DNA of 64,000 nt from the NCBI GenBank assembly GCA_963662465.1, contig OY759599.1:6016001-6080000 (forward strand), in the 5' to 3' direction. Positions within the stretch are counted from its first letter, which is position 1, and every line of letters begins with the position of its first letter. This document shows, in pieces, positions 8,497-17,437 of the stretch. Position numbers and translations under genes: made by a program. The notes below the pieces were generated by a model. That model saw nothing but the letters and a program-made list of their open reading frames with translations, was not told the DNA's origin and did no database searches. Source of the stretch: Desulfatiglandales bacterium (lineage in GTDB: Bacteria; Desulfobacterota; DSM-4660; Desulfatiglandales; Desulfatiglandaceae).

Positions 8497-10845
8497 TTAT
8501 CGGGTAATATCCTTGTAGATGATGCCCGTTTTCTCTTCATGGACATTAAGGACAGCCGTTGCTTTCGGGTATATTTCATCCATTAGGTCAACTGCTTTTG
8601 ATGCATTTTCGGAGGTAATGGCTTTTAATATATCCTCAATAGCCCTGAAAAATTCCGACGCCTTGGAGGGATCCTTTTCTTCGCAGAGCTCACCCGCCTT
8701 CTGAATATGCATCAAGTTATTGACCATGCCCATCTTGTCAAGTTCCGCATCCAGATCATTAATGGCTTTGAGATTTTCTTCATAGGTTCCCTCCTCGTCC
8801 ATTTTTTCCAAATGCTTGATTTTTTTCCGAATAGCCGCCTGCGTTTCCCGGGGAATGGCGGGGCCGAAATCTTCCAGAGCGCTCTCGGCATAATAGATCA
8901 TCGGCTTGCTGTTACTGTTACTCCCACCGGAAGCCATTCGTCGCGCCTTTTGGATCTTCAGATCCGCACGCTCGTAGCGTTTTTCATCCACCCGGCCCGT
9001 CTCGGGCGCCACCACCCGGTTGATGTCCCTGACAGCGGAAAGGGCACGCTGGAGAAGATCGATCATGGTGTAATGGCCGTATTTCTTGTCGTTGGCTTCC
9101 GAAATAATCTCTTCCAGTGACACCAGGAGCTTTTCATCGGCGCTCCCCCTGGACAAGGTTCTCGACAGCCTGATATGAGGGAGTTCCTTCATGGCCGCCG
9201 TTACTTCGATGAGATTGTTCTCGTCGATTTCCAGCGAGAGTTCAACACGCTTGGGCGCATCCTTTTTTCCCCGATCATCCCCATTGGCGTCGTTTTTGTC
9301 ATCAGCGTCTTCATCCTCATCGATCCCCAACCAGAGATCCCCAATGGATTCTTCCTGATCGTTCACCACATTAAAAAACTTCATGTGAACCAGTTGCTGG
9401 TCGGCGTGTACCAACTTGAAGGTTTCCGTTTTTCGGCAGGGAAGCGGCGTATTTTTCTCCACCAGCAAATGCTTTTCACCGTTCTCCAGGTAGATGTAGT
9501 AATCATGGGCGGCAGAGTGAACAATGTCGAAAACCCCTTCTTCAATGACGTATTTTTCAAGATCAAAGCCGCAGCCGCCGCATATTTTTTCCTGCTGAGG
9601 CACATCCAGGCCGCATTGGGGGCACTCATAGGTTTCCGCAAGACGATGGCTCAGGATGGCCGCCCCTTCGGCAATGGCCAGCATGGGCCGTTCGTGAACC
9701 ATCACCTTCTCATGGCCGAAGACTTCTTTCATGGCCGCGATGACCCTGGGAATCCGCGAACTTCCGCCCACGAGCAAGACCTTGTCAATCAAGTCCGGCG
9801 TAAAGTGGATATCTTCCAGCACCTTTTGCGTAAGTCCCACAACGGTATCCACCATCCCGGCAATCATTTCATTGAACCGGTCCCGGGTAATTTCAACGTC
9901 CGCATCCACCAAATCGCCGTCTTCGTCTTTCAGGACCCCCAGGATCTCGATAAACGCTTCATCATGGTCGCTCAACCGGATCTTCGCTTTCTCGACAGCC
10001 GATTTCAATTCCCCGCGAAACCGGTTCCTGGTCTTGGGTTTCTGACCCTCGATGAAGGCCTTTATATCCGAAATATCATATTCCCGAGCAATTTCCGCCA
10101 GCACATAATCGGCCAGAAGACGGTCCATGTCTTCGCCGCCCAGCCACATGTCGCCTCCTTTGCCCTGCTCAATAAACTGGCCGCCGCTGATGGTCAGGAC
10201 CGAAAGATCAAATGTGCCGCCGCCAAAATCAAACACCAGGACGGTTTTGGCATCATCGCCCTTGACATTGTCCACACCGAAAGAGATGGCTGCGGCAGTG
10301 GGCTCCGGCAACAACCGTCGAACCTTCAAACCGGCCATGGCAGCGGCCATCCGGGTGGCGTGCTTCTGTTTGTCATTGAAATAAGCGGGCACTGTAATGA
10401 CGGCATATGCCACTTCTCCCCCGAAGGATGCTTCCGCATCCAACCGGATCTTTTCCAGGATTTTGGCGGAGATTTCCTCGGGAGAAAATTCCTTTTCCTT
10501 GAGCAGGATGCCCAGTTTATTGTCTGTTCCCCTGGAATGCCGATTTATCCGATAGCTCACGCGTTTTTCTTCTATGATCTTTAGCACCTCCGGATTGAGG
10601 ATGCTTCTCCCCATCAGACGTTTTACGGCCTGGACGGTATTTTCAGGATCCTGCTTCATCCATTCCAATGCATTTTTGCCCACCACAAATTCCGGTTTGG
10701 AAAACGGAAGCTTCTTCTTTTTAAGGGTTACGCAGGACGGGGTAAGATAGTCCCCTTCCGCATTCTTCAGAATTTCCACCTGAACTCTTTTAATGGCGGC
10801 AACGGAATTGGTTGTTCCCAAATCAATGCCTATGGACCTGGACAT
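8497..10845 (-). CDS. Divergent Hsp70-family ATPase with Zn-ribbon insertion
   Basis: [44 protein letters not shown] motifs; CPQC-x10-CGGC after the NBD. Confidence 0.9.
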   Translation of the reverse strand: MSRSIGIDLGTTNSVAAIKRVQVEILKNAEGDYLTPSCVTLKKKKLPFSKPEFVVGKNALEWMKQDPENTVQAVKRLMGRSILNPEVLKIIEEKRVSYRINRHSRGTDNKLGILLKEKEFSPEEISAKILEKIRLDAEASFGGEVAYAVITVPAYFNDKQKHATRMAAAMAGLKVRRLLPEPTAAAISFGVDNVKGDDAKTVLVFDFGGGTFDLSVLTISGGQFIEQGKGGDMWLGGEDMDRLLADYVLAEIAREYDISDIKAFIEGQKPKTRNRFRGELKSAVEKAKIRLSDHDEAFIEILGVLKDEDGDLVDADVEITRDRFNEMIAGMVDTVVGLTQKVLEDIHFTPDLIDKVLLVGGSSRIPRVIAAMKEVFGHEKVMVHERPMLAIAEGAAILSHRLAETYECPQCGLDVPQQEKICGGCGFDLEKYVIEEGVFDIVHSAAHDYYIYLENGEKHLLVEKNTPLPCRKTETFKLVHADQQLVHMKFFNVVNDQEESIGDLWLGIDEDEDADDKNDANGDDRGKKDAPKRVELSLEIDENNLIEVTAAMKELPHIRLSRTLSRGSADEKLLVSLEEIISEANDKKYGHYTMIDLLQRALSAVRDINRVVAPETGRVDEKRYERADLKIQKARRMASGGSNSNSKPMIYYAESALEDFGPAIPRETQAAIRKKIKHLEKMDEEGTYEENLKAINDLDAELDKMGMVNNLMHIQKAGELCEEKDPSKASEFFRAIEDILKAITSENASKAVDLMDEIYPKATAVLNVHEEKTGIIYKDITR

Positions 10846-10889
10846 AAAGCTTATCCTTTCTCTTGGTTCCGATTTTTATAAGAAGAGGG

Positions 10890-10919
10890 ACTATAAAAAA
10901 AAGGCGAATTGTCGGTCAA
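10890..10919 (-). promoter_or_regulatory. Candidate sigma70 promoter of the accessory Hsp70 operon
   Basis: TTGACC-18 nt-TATAGT on the minus strand, about 45 nt upstream of the ATG. Confidence 0.4.
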
Positions 10920-11000
10920 GGAATATCTTTTGGCGCTTCGCGGATTAATGTGAAAACTTTCCCGGAGGAGAAAAGTCGTATAGTCCGTAGTCCGTAGTTC

Positions 11001-11275
11001 GTAGGTCAGGTTGTCCCGCGTTCACATTTTTACCGCGAAATTTCGATTTTCACTCCAACCTCCATGAACGTTCAAAATCTCACACGTCCACACGCGGGAT
11101 TACCTGACATTGATTCGGCATAAACCGATAATCGCCATTGGCGACGTTAGGGTGGTCGTAAGAATGTCAGGGAACGGCGCGTTGGGGGTTTTTTCGGTCG
11201 TTTGATGAATTTCAACCCATTTGGGATTCAACAGCGTCAGAGGAAAGAACGGGACGCGCCGCACCCTGACCTACC
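11001..11275. repeat. GTAG-type REP-like inverted pair (REPIN-like)
   Basis: GTAGGTCAGG...CCTGACAT followed by ATGTCAGG...CCCTGACCTAC in inverted orientation. Confidence 0.5.
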
Positions 11276-11447
11276 GCGTGGGGAAAATAACCATGGGATC
11301 ATCGGGTCCCGAATACATACGATTTTTTATGACGAATGCACCGAGGTTTTTCTTGGCTTTGAGCGTTTTTCATGGAAATAAAGAGCTATCCCCAAGCATA
11401 AAGTCCCAAGCACGTTTTTCGTTAAAATTGCAAGTAATTGATTTTAC

Positions 11448-11524
<77 letters not shown>

Positions 11525-11549
11525 ATGGTTGTTCGGCTTGTTAGTTGGA

Positions 11550-11578
11550 AAACTACTCACTTGAACTCATAAAATCAA
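11550..11578 (-). promoter_or_regulatory. Candidate sigma70 promoter for tRNA-Pro
   Basis: TTGATT-17 nt-TAGTTT. Confidence 0.5.
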
Positions 11579-11601
11579 GCAAATATTTATGTCTTAATTC
11601 C

Positions 11602-11630
11602 TTGACCCATGAAAAACGTTCTTTTATAAT
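11602..11630 (+). promoter_or_regulatory. Near-consensus sigma70 promoter for the small membrane protein gene
   Basis: TTGACC-17 nt-TATAAT. Confidence 0.65.
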
Positions 11631-11735
11631 ATATGTTTGACTCAGCGAGGGAACCCCCACTGTGGGGGAAATAATTGTGCAACATGCAGTTTTTTTTGGT
11701 TCCCCATTTCATCAAAACATGACAGGAGGCCTCAA

Positions 11736-11924
11736 ATGGACCTTTGGAGGAAAATTGGTATTGCAATCGTCTCAATGATTCCGGCTTTTGTATTGAGTGG
11801 ACTGATCTGGAATATGTCTCATTCCTGGCTGTCAGTGGTTGCCATGATCGTCATTGTAGCCCTGTTCAGTGGTTCGGCCATTGCCGGAAAGTTTTCCTCC
11901 TCAGAACAAAGCGCCCATCATTAA
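11736..11924 (+). CDS. Small (62 aa) two-TM membrane protein
   Basis: AGGAGG RBS, MDLWRKIGIAIVSMIPAFVLSGLIW...; own promoter and terminator. Confidence 0.7.
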   Translation: MDLWRKIGIAIVSMIPAFVLSGLIWNMSHSWLSVVAMIVIVALFSGSAIAGKFSSSEQSAHH

Positions 11925-11944
11925 GGCATTTTTCAAAAGAATCG

Positions 11945-11979
11945 GGGGATCGGTTTTAGTTACCGATCCCCCTTTTTTG
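11945..11979 (+). terminator. Intrinsic terminator
   Basis: GGGGGATCGGT...ACCGATCCCCC followed by a T-run. Confidence 0.8.
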
Positions 11980-12012
11980 TGCAGTCAATTCCCAACTGAA
12001 ATTTCAGGGATT

Positions 12013-12870
12013 TTATGCGTTCTGCATTTCACAGGCCATAATCGTCTGTTTGCAGAGTACGGATGTCGTTACGGAACCAACACCCGCGGGAACAGGGGAA
12101 ATGCGCGCCACGATGGGTTCCACCGCGGCATAGTCCACATCACCGCAGTATTTGCCGGGGTTATCCGGATCTGCGTTGATTCCCACGTCAATGACAATTT
12201 GTCCTTCCTTAACATAGTCGGCGTTGATCATCTTTGCACGGCCAACGGCTGCAATAAGGATCTCGGCTTCCTTACACACCGCAGGCAGATTTTCCGTCCT
12301 TGAATGGCAAATGGTGACCGTGCCGTGTTCTCGCAGGAGCAGCATGGCAAGCGGCTTACCCACAACCAGAGACCGACCGACCACCACACATTTCTTCCCC
12401 TTGATGGGGATATCATAATGATGGATCATATCCATGCATGCCGTGGGCGTACAGGGGGGGAAGCCCGTAGGATCATCCGTAAATACTTTTGCTGCGCCGC
12501 CCAGGCTCAAACAGTCAACATCTTTTTCCACGGGTATCAGGGTTCTTATTTTCCGTTCATCCAAATGTTTGGGCAGGGGAGAAAACATGAGGATGCCATT
12601 GACGTCCTTTTTAGCGCCGATATCCGTAAGGGCTTTCTCAAATGCTGCCTGATCAATATCTTCCGGAAATTCGAATACTTCACTTTCCATACCCACAGCG
12701 GTACATGTCTTTTTGGCGCCACCCTCGTAGAACAGGTCATCGGGACGGGCGCCGACCCTTACTATTCCGAGCTTGGGAATAATATTGCGACCCTTCAGTG
12801 CCTCAACCTTTTGGATCAGTTCCTCTTTCATCGCATCTGCAACGGGTTTGCCTTTAAGTCTCTCTCCCAT
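12013..12870 (-). CDS. folD: FolD-family methylene-THF dehydrogenase (probably monofunctional)
   Basis: [36 protein letters not shown] motifs. Confidence 0.92.
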   Translation of the reverse strand: MGERLKGKPVADAMKEELIQKVEALKGRNIIPKLGIVRVGARPDDLFYEGGAKKTCTAVGMESEVFEFPEDIDQAAFEKALTDIGAKKDVNGILMFSPLPKHLDERKIRTLIPVEKDVDCLSLGGAAKVFTDDPTGFPPCTPTACMDMIHHYDIPIKGKKCVVVGRSLVVGKPLAMLLLREHGTVTICHSRTENLPAVCKEAEILIAAVGRAKMINADYVKEGQIVIDVGINADPDNPGKYCGDVDYAAVEPIVARISPVPAGVGSVTTSVLCKQTIMACEMQNA

Positions 12871-12882
12871 CAGTAAACCTCC

Positions 12883-13515
12883 TTATTTGGTTAATTTGGA
12901 AACCACAAGATCAAGTGCTTCATCGGCGAGTTTTGATCCTTCTTCCAACAATTTGTTCATTTCCGTTCTGGTTTGTTCTATAAAGCCGGTGTCTTTTATG
13001 GCGTTTAAATTAATAATAACATTCAGCCTTCCGGCAATAAGGGCAGCCTTCAAAAAAACAACGCCACAACCCACATCAGATATGGCAATCATGGTGCCAA
13101 TTTGTCCCATCCTATGATGGACCTTGATTCCTTCATACGCCTTACGCATAATCTCCATGGGGACGGAACAGGCGACTTTACAGCAGTTTTCCATGGTTTC
13201 TGCTTTGTATTTCGCCTCTTCAGGTGTTTTTTTGGGCAATCCATAGGCCTTTGATAATGGCTCGAAAACCTCGGCATCTTTGTCCACAAGATTTTCCAAT
13301 TCAGCGATTATCCGGTCGCCTTTGGCGATAAGTTCCTTGACCTCTCCTTCAACATCAGCATATTTCTTTTTGCCTACGGTGAGATTTCCCACCATATTGG
13401 AAAGGGCCATACCAATAGCGCCACCCATGGCAGCTGCGCCACCGCCTCCGGGAACAGCGGCTTTGGATGCCAATACCTCTACAAAATCCTTACAAGATTT
13501 ATCCAACATCGACAT
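12883..13515 (-). CDS. fchA: Methenyl-THF cyclohydrolase / formiminoTHF cyclodeaminase family (FchA)
   Basis: LASKAAVPGGGGAAA, MVGNLTVGKKKY, ISDVGCG motifs; upstream of folD. Confidence 0.85.
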   Translation of the reverse strand: MSMLDKSCKDFVEVLASKAAVPGGGGAAAMGGAIGMALSNMVGNLTVGKKKYADVEGEVKELIAKGDRIIAELENLVDKDAEVFEPLSKAYGLPKKTPEEAKYKAETMENCCKVACSVPMEIMRKAYEGIKVHHRMGQIGTMIAISDVGCGVVFLKAALIAGRLNVIINLNAIKDTGFIEQTRTEMNKLLEEGSKLADEALDLVVSKLTK

Positions 13516-13671
13516 GTTCTACTCCTCTCTTTAAGTGATTAGATTGTCCACGGATAAGGACCATGACAATAAATAATTGCGTAAAGATAAGCAAGACGTG
13601 TAATTATTCCTCGCAAAGGTCATTACATAGCGTATATTTATTTGTCAAGAGAAAAGGGGTGGAAAAAAACC

Positions 13672-13989
13672 ATGAAAGCAAATCTGGTTTACATCACTGC
13701 ATCAAGCGAAAATGAGGCATTGGGCATCGGCAAAGCGCTCGTTTCGGAAAGATTGGCGGCATCGGTCAATATCATCAATTCCGTTCGGTCTCTGTACTGG
13801 TGGGAGGGAAAAATTCATGATGAGCAGGAAGTGGTCATTGTTGCCAAAACAAGTGCTGCGCTTGTTGAAAGATTGACTGAAAAGGTGACGGCCATGCACA
13901 GCTATGTTTGCCCCTGTGTTGTCAGCATCCCCATTGAAAAAGGCCATCAGGCCTTTTTGGACTGGATTGACGCGGTTACCCGGGAATAA
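13672..13989 (+). CDS. cutA: CutA divalent-cation tolerance protein
   Basis: LVSERLAASVNI, SLYWWEGKI, HSYVCPCV. Confidence 0.9.
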   Translation: MKANLVYITASSENEALGIGKALVSERLAASVNIINSVRSLYWWEGKIHDEQEVVIVAKTSAALVERLTEKVTAMHSYVCPCVVSIPIEKGHQAFLDWIDAVTRE

Positions 13990-14017
13990 TTTTTAAACAG
14001 GCGCTCAGCCCTTGCCC

Positions 14018-14647
14018 TTATTTTCCGGCCCGCCGTTTTTTCCTGATTATCCACGGTAAAAAGAGGATAACCGCAAGAGCGACGAGAATCAGAAATGCGA
14101 TGTTGTATTGAAAGAGGATGTGCCCCATTTTTTCTTTTACTGTTTCCCAGTTGTTTCCCAGTGAATAGCCGATGGCAATCCAGATAAGGTTCCATGCACC
14201 GGCGCTGATTAAGGCGAGAAGGGCAACCCTGAAAATGCCCAGGCGGGAGATGCCTCCCGCCAGTGAGATGATGGAACGAATGCCGGGAAAAAATCGGTTG
14301 AGCAGGATCAGGAAATAACCATATCTCTGGAACCAGTGTTCAGCCTGAAGGATGTTTTGAGCGCTGAAAAGTTTATAATCCCTTTCAATAAAGAATTTCC
14401 TGCCCAAAAGACGGCCAACCCAGAACAACGCCATAAACCCCGCCAGACTGCCCAGGGTGGTGGAGAGGTATACACCCATAAAGTCAAGTCGGCGGGCGCC
14501 CACCAGGAAAGCCCCAAACGCCGTAATGGTATCTCCGGGAATGGGGGGGAAGATATTTTCCACAAAGGCGCTCAACCCCAGTAGAAGATAGAGTAGGGAG
14601 TTTGGCAGCGTATCAAAGAGATCAAAAAAACGATCCAGATAAGACAA
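14018..14647 (-). CDS. DedA family membrane protein
   Basis: ENIFPPIPGD, RFFPGIRSIISL motifs. Confidence 0.9.
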   Translation of the reverse strand: MSYLDRFFDLFDTLPNSLLYLLLGLSAFVENIFPPIPGDTITAFGAFLVGARRLDFMGVYLSTTLGSLAGFMALFWVGRLLGRKFFIERDYKLFSAQNILQAEHWFQRYGYFLILLNRFFPGIRSIISLAGGISRLGIFRVALLALISAGAWNLIWIAIGYSLGNNWETVKEKMGHILFQYNIAFLILVALAVILFLPWIIRKKRRAGK

Positions 14648-14868
14648 GGAGATCCTTACAGATTGGGTTTTCGTAAAAGCCGTATGCTCAGGCAGTGTCT
14701 TTGACGGATTCTATGTTTCCCGGACATGAAATGTCAACAGACTCTTAATGATTCTTTGTGCCTTTGCGTGAAACCTTTTCATTTTCGGTTATTTCAAAAA
14801 ATGATGGTTGACGGATTTTCTTTCATTTGTTATTGCTCTACCGATAATACAAGGAGGATTTTCCAGTT

Positions 14869-15552
14869 ATGGCAAAGAAAAAGTTGACCCGAAAAGAGCT
14901 TTTAAAGGGCGCAGATGAATTCATGACGCTTTCCGGCAAAGTAGCGCTTTATTCAAGCCAACACCTGCGTGAGTTGAAATTGGCGGGGATTGGCCTGGCC
15001 GTTGTCGTGGTGGCCTATATCTCCATCTGGGCATACATGGGACATGCCAACAAAATGGGGCAGGAAGCCTATAACGTGGCCTATGATGCGCTGGTCCAAA
15101 GTCTTAAGCCTGAAAAGGCGGATGAAGAAAGTATGAAAAAATCAGAGGCGCTTTTTGAGGCGGTGATCAGCGATTATGGCACGAGCAAGGCGGCGGATCT
15201 GGCCCTGGCCCAGGTAGGGCATGCAAAGTTCACAGATAAACAGTATGACGACGCCATCGGTTATTACCAGGAGTTTTCGAGTAAAGCGTCGGGGAATGAA
15301 GCCTATGAAACCCTGACCCTCCTGGCTCTGGCTGCATGTCACGAAGCCAAAGGGGATATGGAGAAGGCGGTTTCGATTCTAGCCGGCATTGTAAAAGCCT
15401 CGGACAACCCTTTTCGGGAAAATGCCATGTTAAATTTAGAGCGGGTTTACAGGCTTGACAAACAGCCTGAAAAGGCGGACGAGATTTTGAAAAATTTCGC
15501 CAAGGAATATGCGAATTCGCCTTTTTATCCAATGATCAAAGCGCGCATTTAA
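14869..15552 (+). CDS. Membrane-anchored TPR protein (YfgM-like)
   Basis: AGGAGG RBS, KELLK..DEF N-terminus, one TM, TPR helices. Confidence 0.75.
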   Translation: MAKKKLTRKELLKGADEFMTLSGKVALYSSQHLRELKLAGIGLAVVVVAYISIWAYMGHANKMGQEAYNVAYDALVQSLKPEKADEESMKKSEALFEAVISDYGTSKAADLALAQVGHAKFTDKQYDDAIGYYQEFSSKASGNEAYETLTLLALAACHEAKGDMEKAVSILAGIVKASDNPFRENAMLNLERVYRLDKQPEKADEILKNFAKEYANSPFYPMIKARI

Positions 15553-15754
15553 GCTTAGAAATACTGTTTTTTACCGCCTGCCGCATTTTTTTATTTTTTT
15601 CGTTTAATCTTTGCTCCCCTATCGATCCGCTATTTCCATTATGGAGTCGGTTGTGCCGATAAATGCTGTGTGAGTCGGGGCGAAAAACCTTTCACCCCGA
15701 CCGCCATACGTTTATCCTTCCAAAATGAGAATTGATGTCTCTCGGTCTTTTTTC

Positions 15755-15808
15755 TTGACAGCTTCAGGGTTCTTTTTTTATAGTTACGATGTAGCTAAAA
15801 TGTAGCTT
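15755..15808 (+). promoter_or_regulatory. Sigma70 promoter with overlapping operator-like repeats
   Basis: TTGACA-18 nt-TATAGT followed by imperfect palindrome TAGTTACGATGTAGCTA and a second ATGTAGCT copy 11 bp later. Confidence 0.5.
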
Positions 15809-15823
15809 TTGAGGAGGCTTGAT

Positions 15824-17395
15824 ATGGTGATCACCGAAATTTTGGCAAGAAACGCCGGCGTGTACGGAGATGAGATTGCCCTTGTTGAGCGGGAGCCCGG
15901 AAAAGGGAGGCGGGCAACCTTGACATGGAAGGAATTTGATGGGATGGCCAACCGGGTCGCCAATGGTTTGATTGCCAAGGGCGTGAAACGAGGCGATAAA
16001 GTTATCCACTTGATGATGAATTGCCTGGAATGGCTCCCCGCCTATTTTGGAATCCTGCGGACCGGCGCATGGGTAGTTCCCCTGAATTTCCGGTTTACCG
16101 CCGAGGACATCGGGTATTGCGCGGATATTGCGGAAGCCAAGGCAATGATTTTTGGTGAGGAGTTTGTTGAGCGTATCGATACTGTCAAGGAAGACCTGAA
16201 AACCATCAATGATTTCATATTTGTGGGACCCGATGAAATAAAGCCTTCCTATGCGGAATCCTTTGCTGCTTTTCTTAAAACGGGTTCTTCTGATGATCCC
16301 GGCAAGGAAATCAACCTTCTGGATGAAGCAGCCCTTTATTTTACTTCCGGCACCACGGGAACCCCAAAGCCGATCCTTTTGACCCATCGGAACCTGGAAT
16401 CGGCTTGCATCACCGAAAACCGCCACCACAATCAAACCCATGAGGATACGTTTCTCTGCATTCCTCCCCTGTATCATACCGGCGCCAAAATGCATTGGTT
16501 TGGGAGCTTTATCGTGGGGGGGAAAGGCGTCATTTTAAAAGGGATCAAACCGGAGTGGATACTGGAAGCCGTAAGCGAGGAAAAGGCCACCATTGTGTGG
16601 CTGTTGGTGCCTTGGGCCCAGGACATCCTCATTGCCATTGAGAACGGCGACATCAATTTGAATGATTATAAATTGGAACAATGGCGCTTGATGCACATCG
16701 GCGCTCAGCCGGTTCCACCAAGTCTGATTAAAAACTGGAAAAAGGTTTTCCCGGCCCATGGCTACGATACCAATTATGGGTTGAGCGAAACCACTGGCCC
16801 TGGTTGCGTCCATTTGGGAATGGAAAATCTTCACAAGGTGGGGGCCATTGGGGTCCCCGGCTTTGATTGGGCCTGCAAAATCGTTGATTTTAACCTGAAG
16901 GAAGTGCCAAAGGGGAATCCCGGTGAACTCATGGTCAAGGGACCCGGCGTTATGAAAGAATACTATAAAAACCCCGAGGCCACGGAAAGCACCCTTATTG
17001 ATGGATGGTTGCTTACCGGCGATATGGCCCGTTTTGACGAAGACGGGTTTATCTGGCTTGTGGATCGTAAAAAAGATGTGATTATCACCGGCGGCGAAAA
17101 CATTTTTCCAGTGGAGATTGAAGCATACCTCATGGAAAATCGAAACTTGCAGGACGCCGCAGTCATCGGCATTGCCGACGAACGTTTGGGAGAGATCGCG
17201 GCGGCTGTGCTCAAACTCAAACCGGGTGCGTCTTTGAGTGAAGAAGATGCTTTCCGTTTTTGTGAAGGACTGCCGCGGTACAAGCGGCCCCGAAGGATCT
17301 TTTTTGATGATGTTCCCAGAAACCCCACAGGGAAGATTGAAAAACCCAAACTTAGAAAGAAATATGCAGGCATGGCTGAAAGTTTTAAGTTGTAA
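15824..17395 (+). CDS. Acyl/aryl-CoA synthetase (ANL family)
   Basis: YFTSGTTGTPK, YGLSET, TGD, DRKKD, GGENIFP, PRNPTGKI motifs; GAGGAGG RBS. Confidence 0.92.
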   Translation: MVITEILARNAGVYGDEIALVEREPGKGRRATLTWKEFDGMANRVANGLIAKGVKRGDKVIHLMMNCLEWLPAYFGILRTGAWVVPLNFRFTAEDIGYCADIAEAKAMIFGEEFVERIDTVKEDLKTINDFIFVGPDEIKPSYAESFAAFLKTGSSDDPGKEINLLDEAALYFTSGTTGTPKPILLTHRNLESACITENRHHNQTHEDTFLCIPPLYHTGAKMHWFGSFIVGGKGVILKGIKPEWILEAVSEEKATIVWLLVPWAQDILIAIENGDINLNDYKLEQWRLMHIGAQPVPPSLIKNWKKVFPAHGYDTNYGLSETTGPGCVHLGMENLHKVGAIGVPGFDWACKIVDFNLKEVPKGNPGELMVKGPGVMKEYYKNPEATESTLIDGWLLTGDMARFDEDGFIWLVDRKKDVIITGGENIFPVEIEAYLMENRNLQDAAVIGIADERLGEIAAAVLKLKPGASLSEEDAFRFCEGLPRYKRPRRIFFDDVPRNPTGKIEKPKLRKKYAGMAESFKL

Positions 17396-17437
17396 CGTTT
17401 CACTTAAACGCAAATCAGAAACCATTTGGAGGAAAAT

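Noticed and set aside
9175..10584. 469-aa plus-strand ORF opposite the accessory Hsp70 (and the 340-aa ORF opposite dnaK at 42213-43235)
   Set aside because: Long antisense ORFs are a well-known by-product of Hsp70 codon usage; no recognisable motifs
13986..14005. 20-bp ATAATTTTTAAACAGGCGCT shared with about 44614-44633
   Set aside because: Probably the remnant end of a dispersed small repeat; too short and isolated to assign a function or treat as an island boundary
15674..15702. GTCGGGGCGA matching the tRNA-Pro 3' end as a possible att site
   Set aside because: Only about 10 bp, on the wrong side of the tRNA, and explained as one arm of a local hairpin
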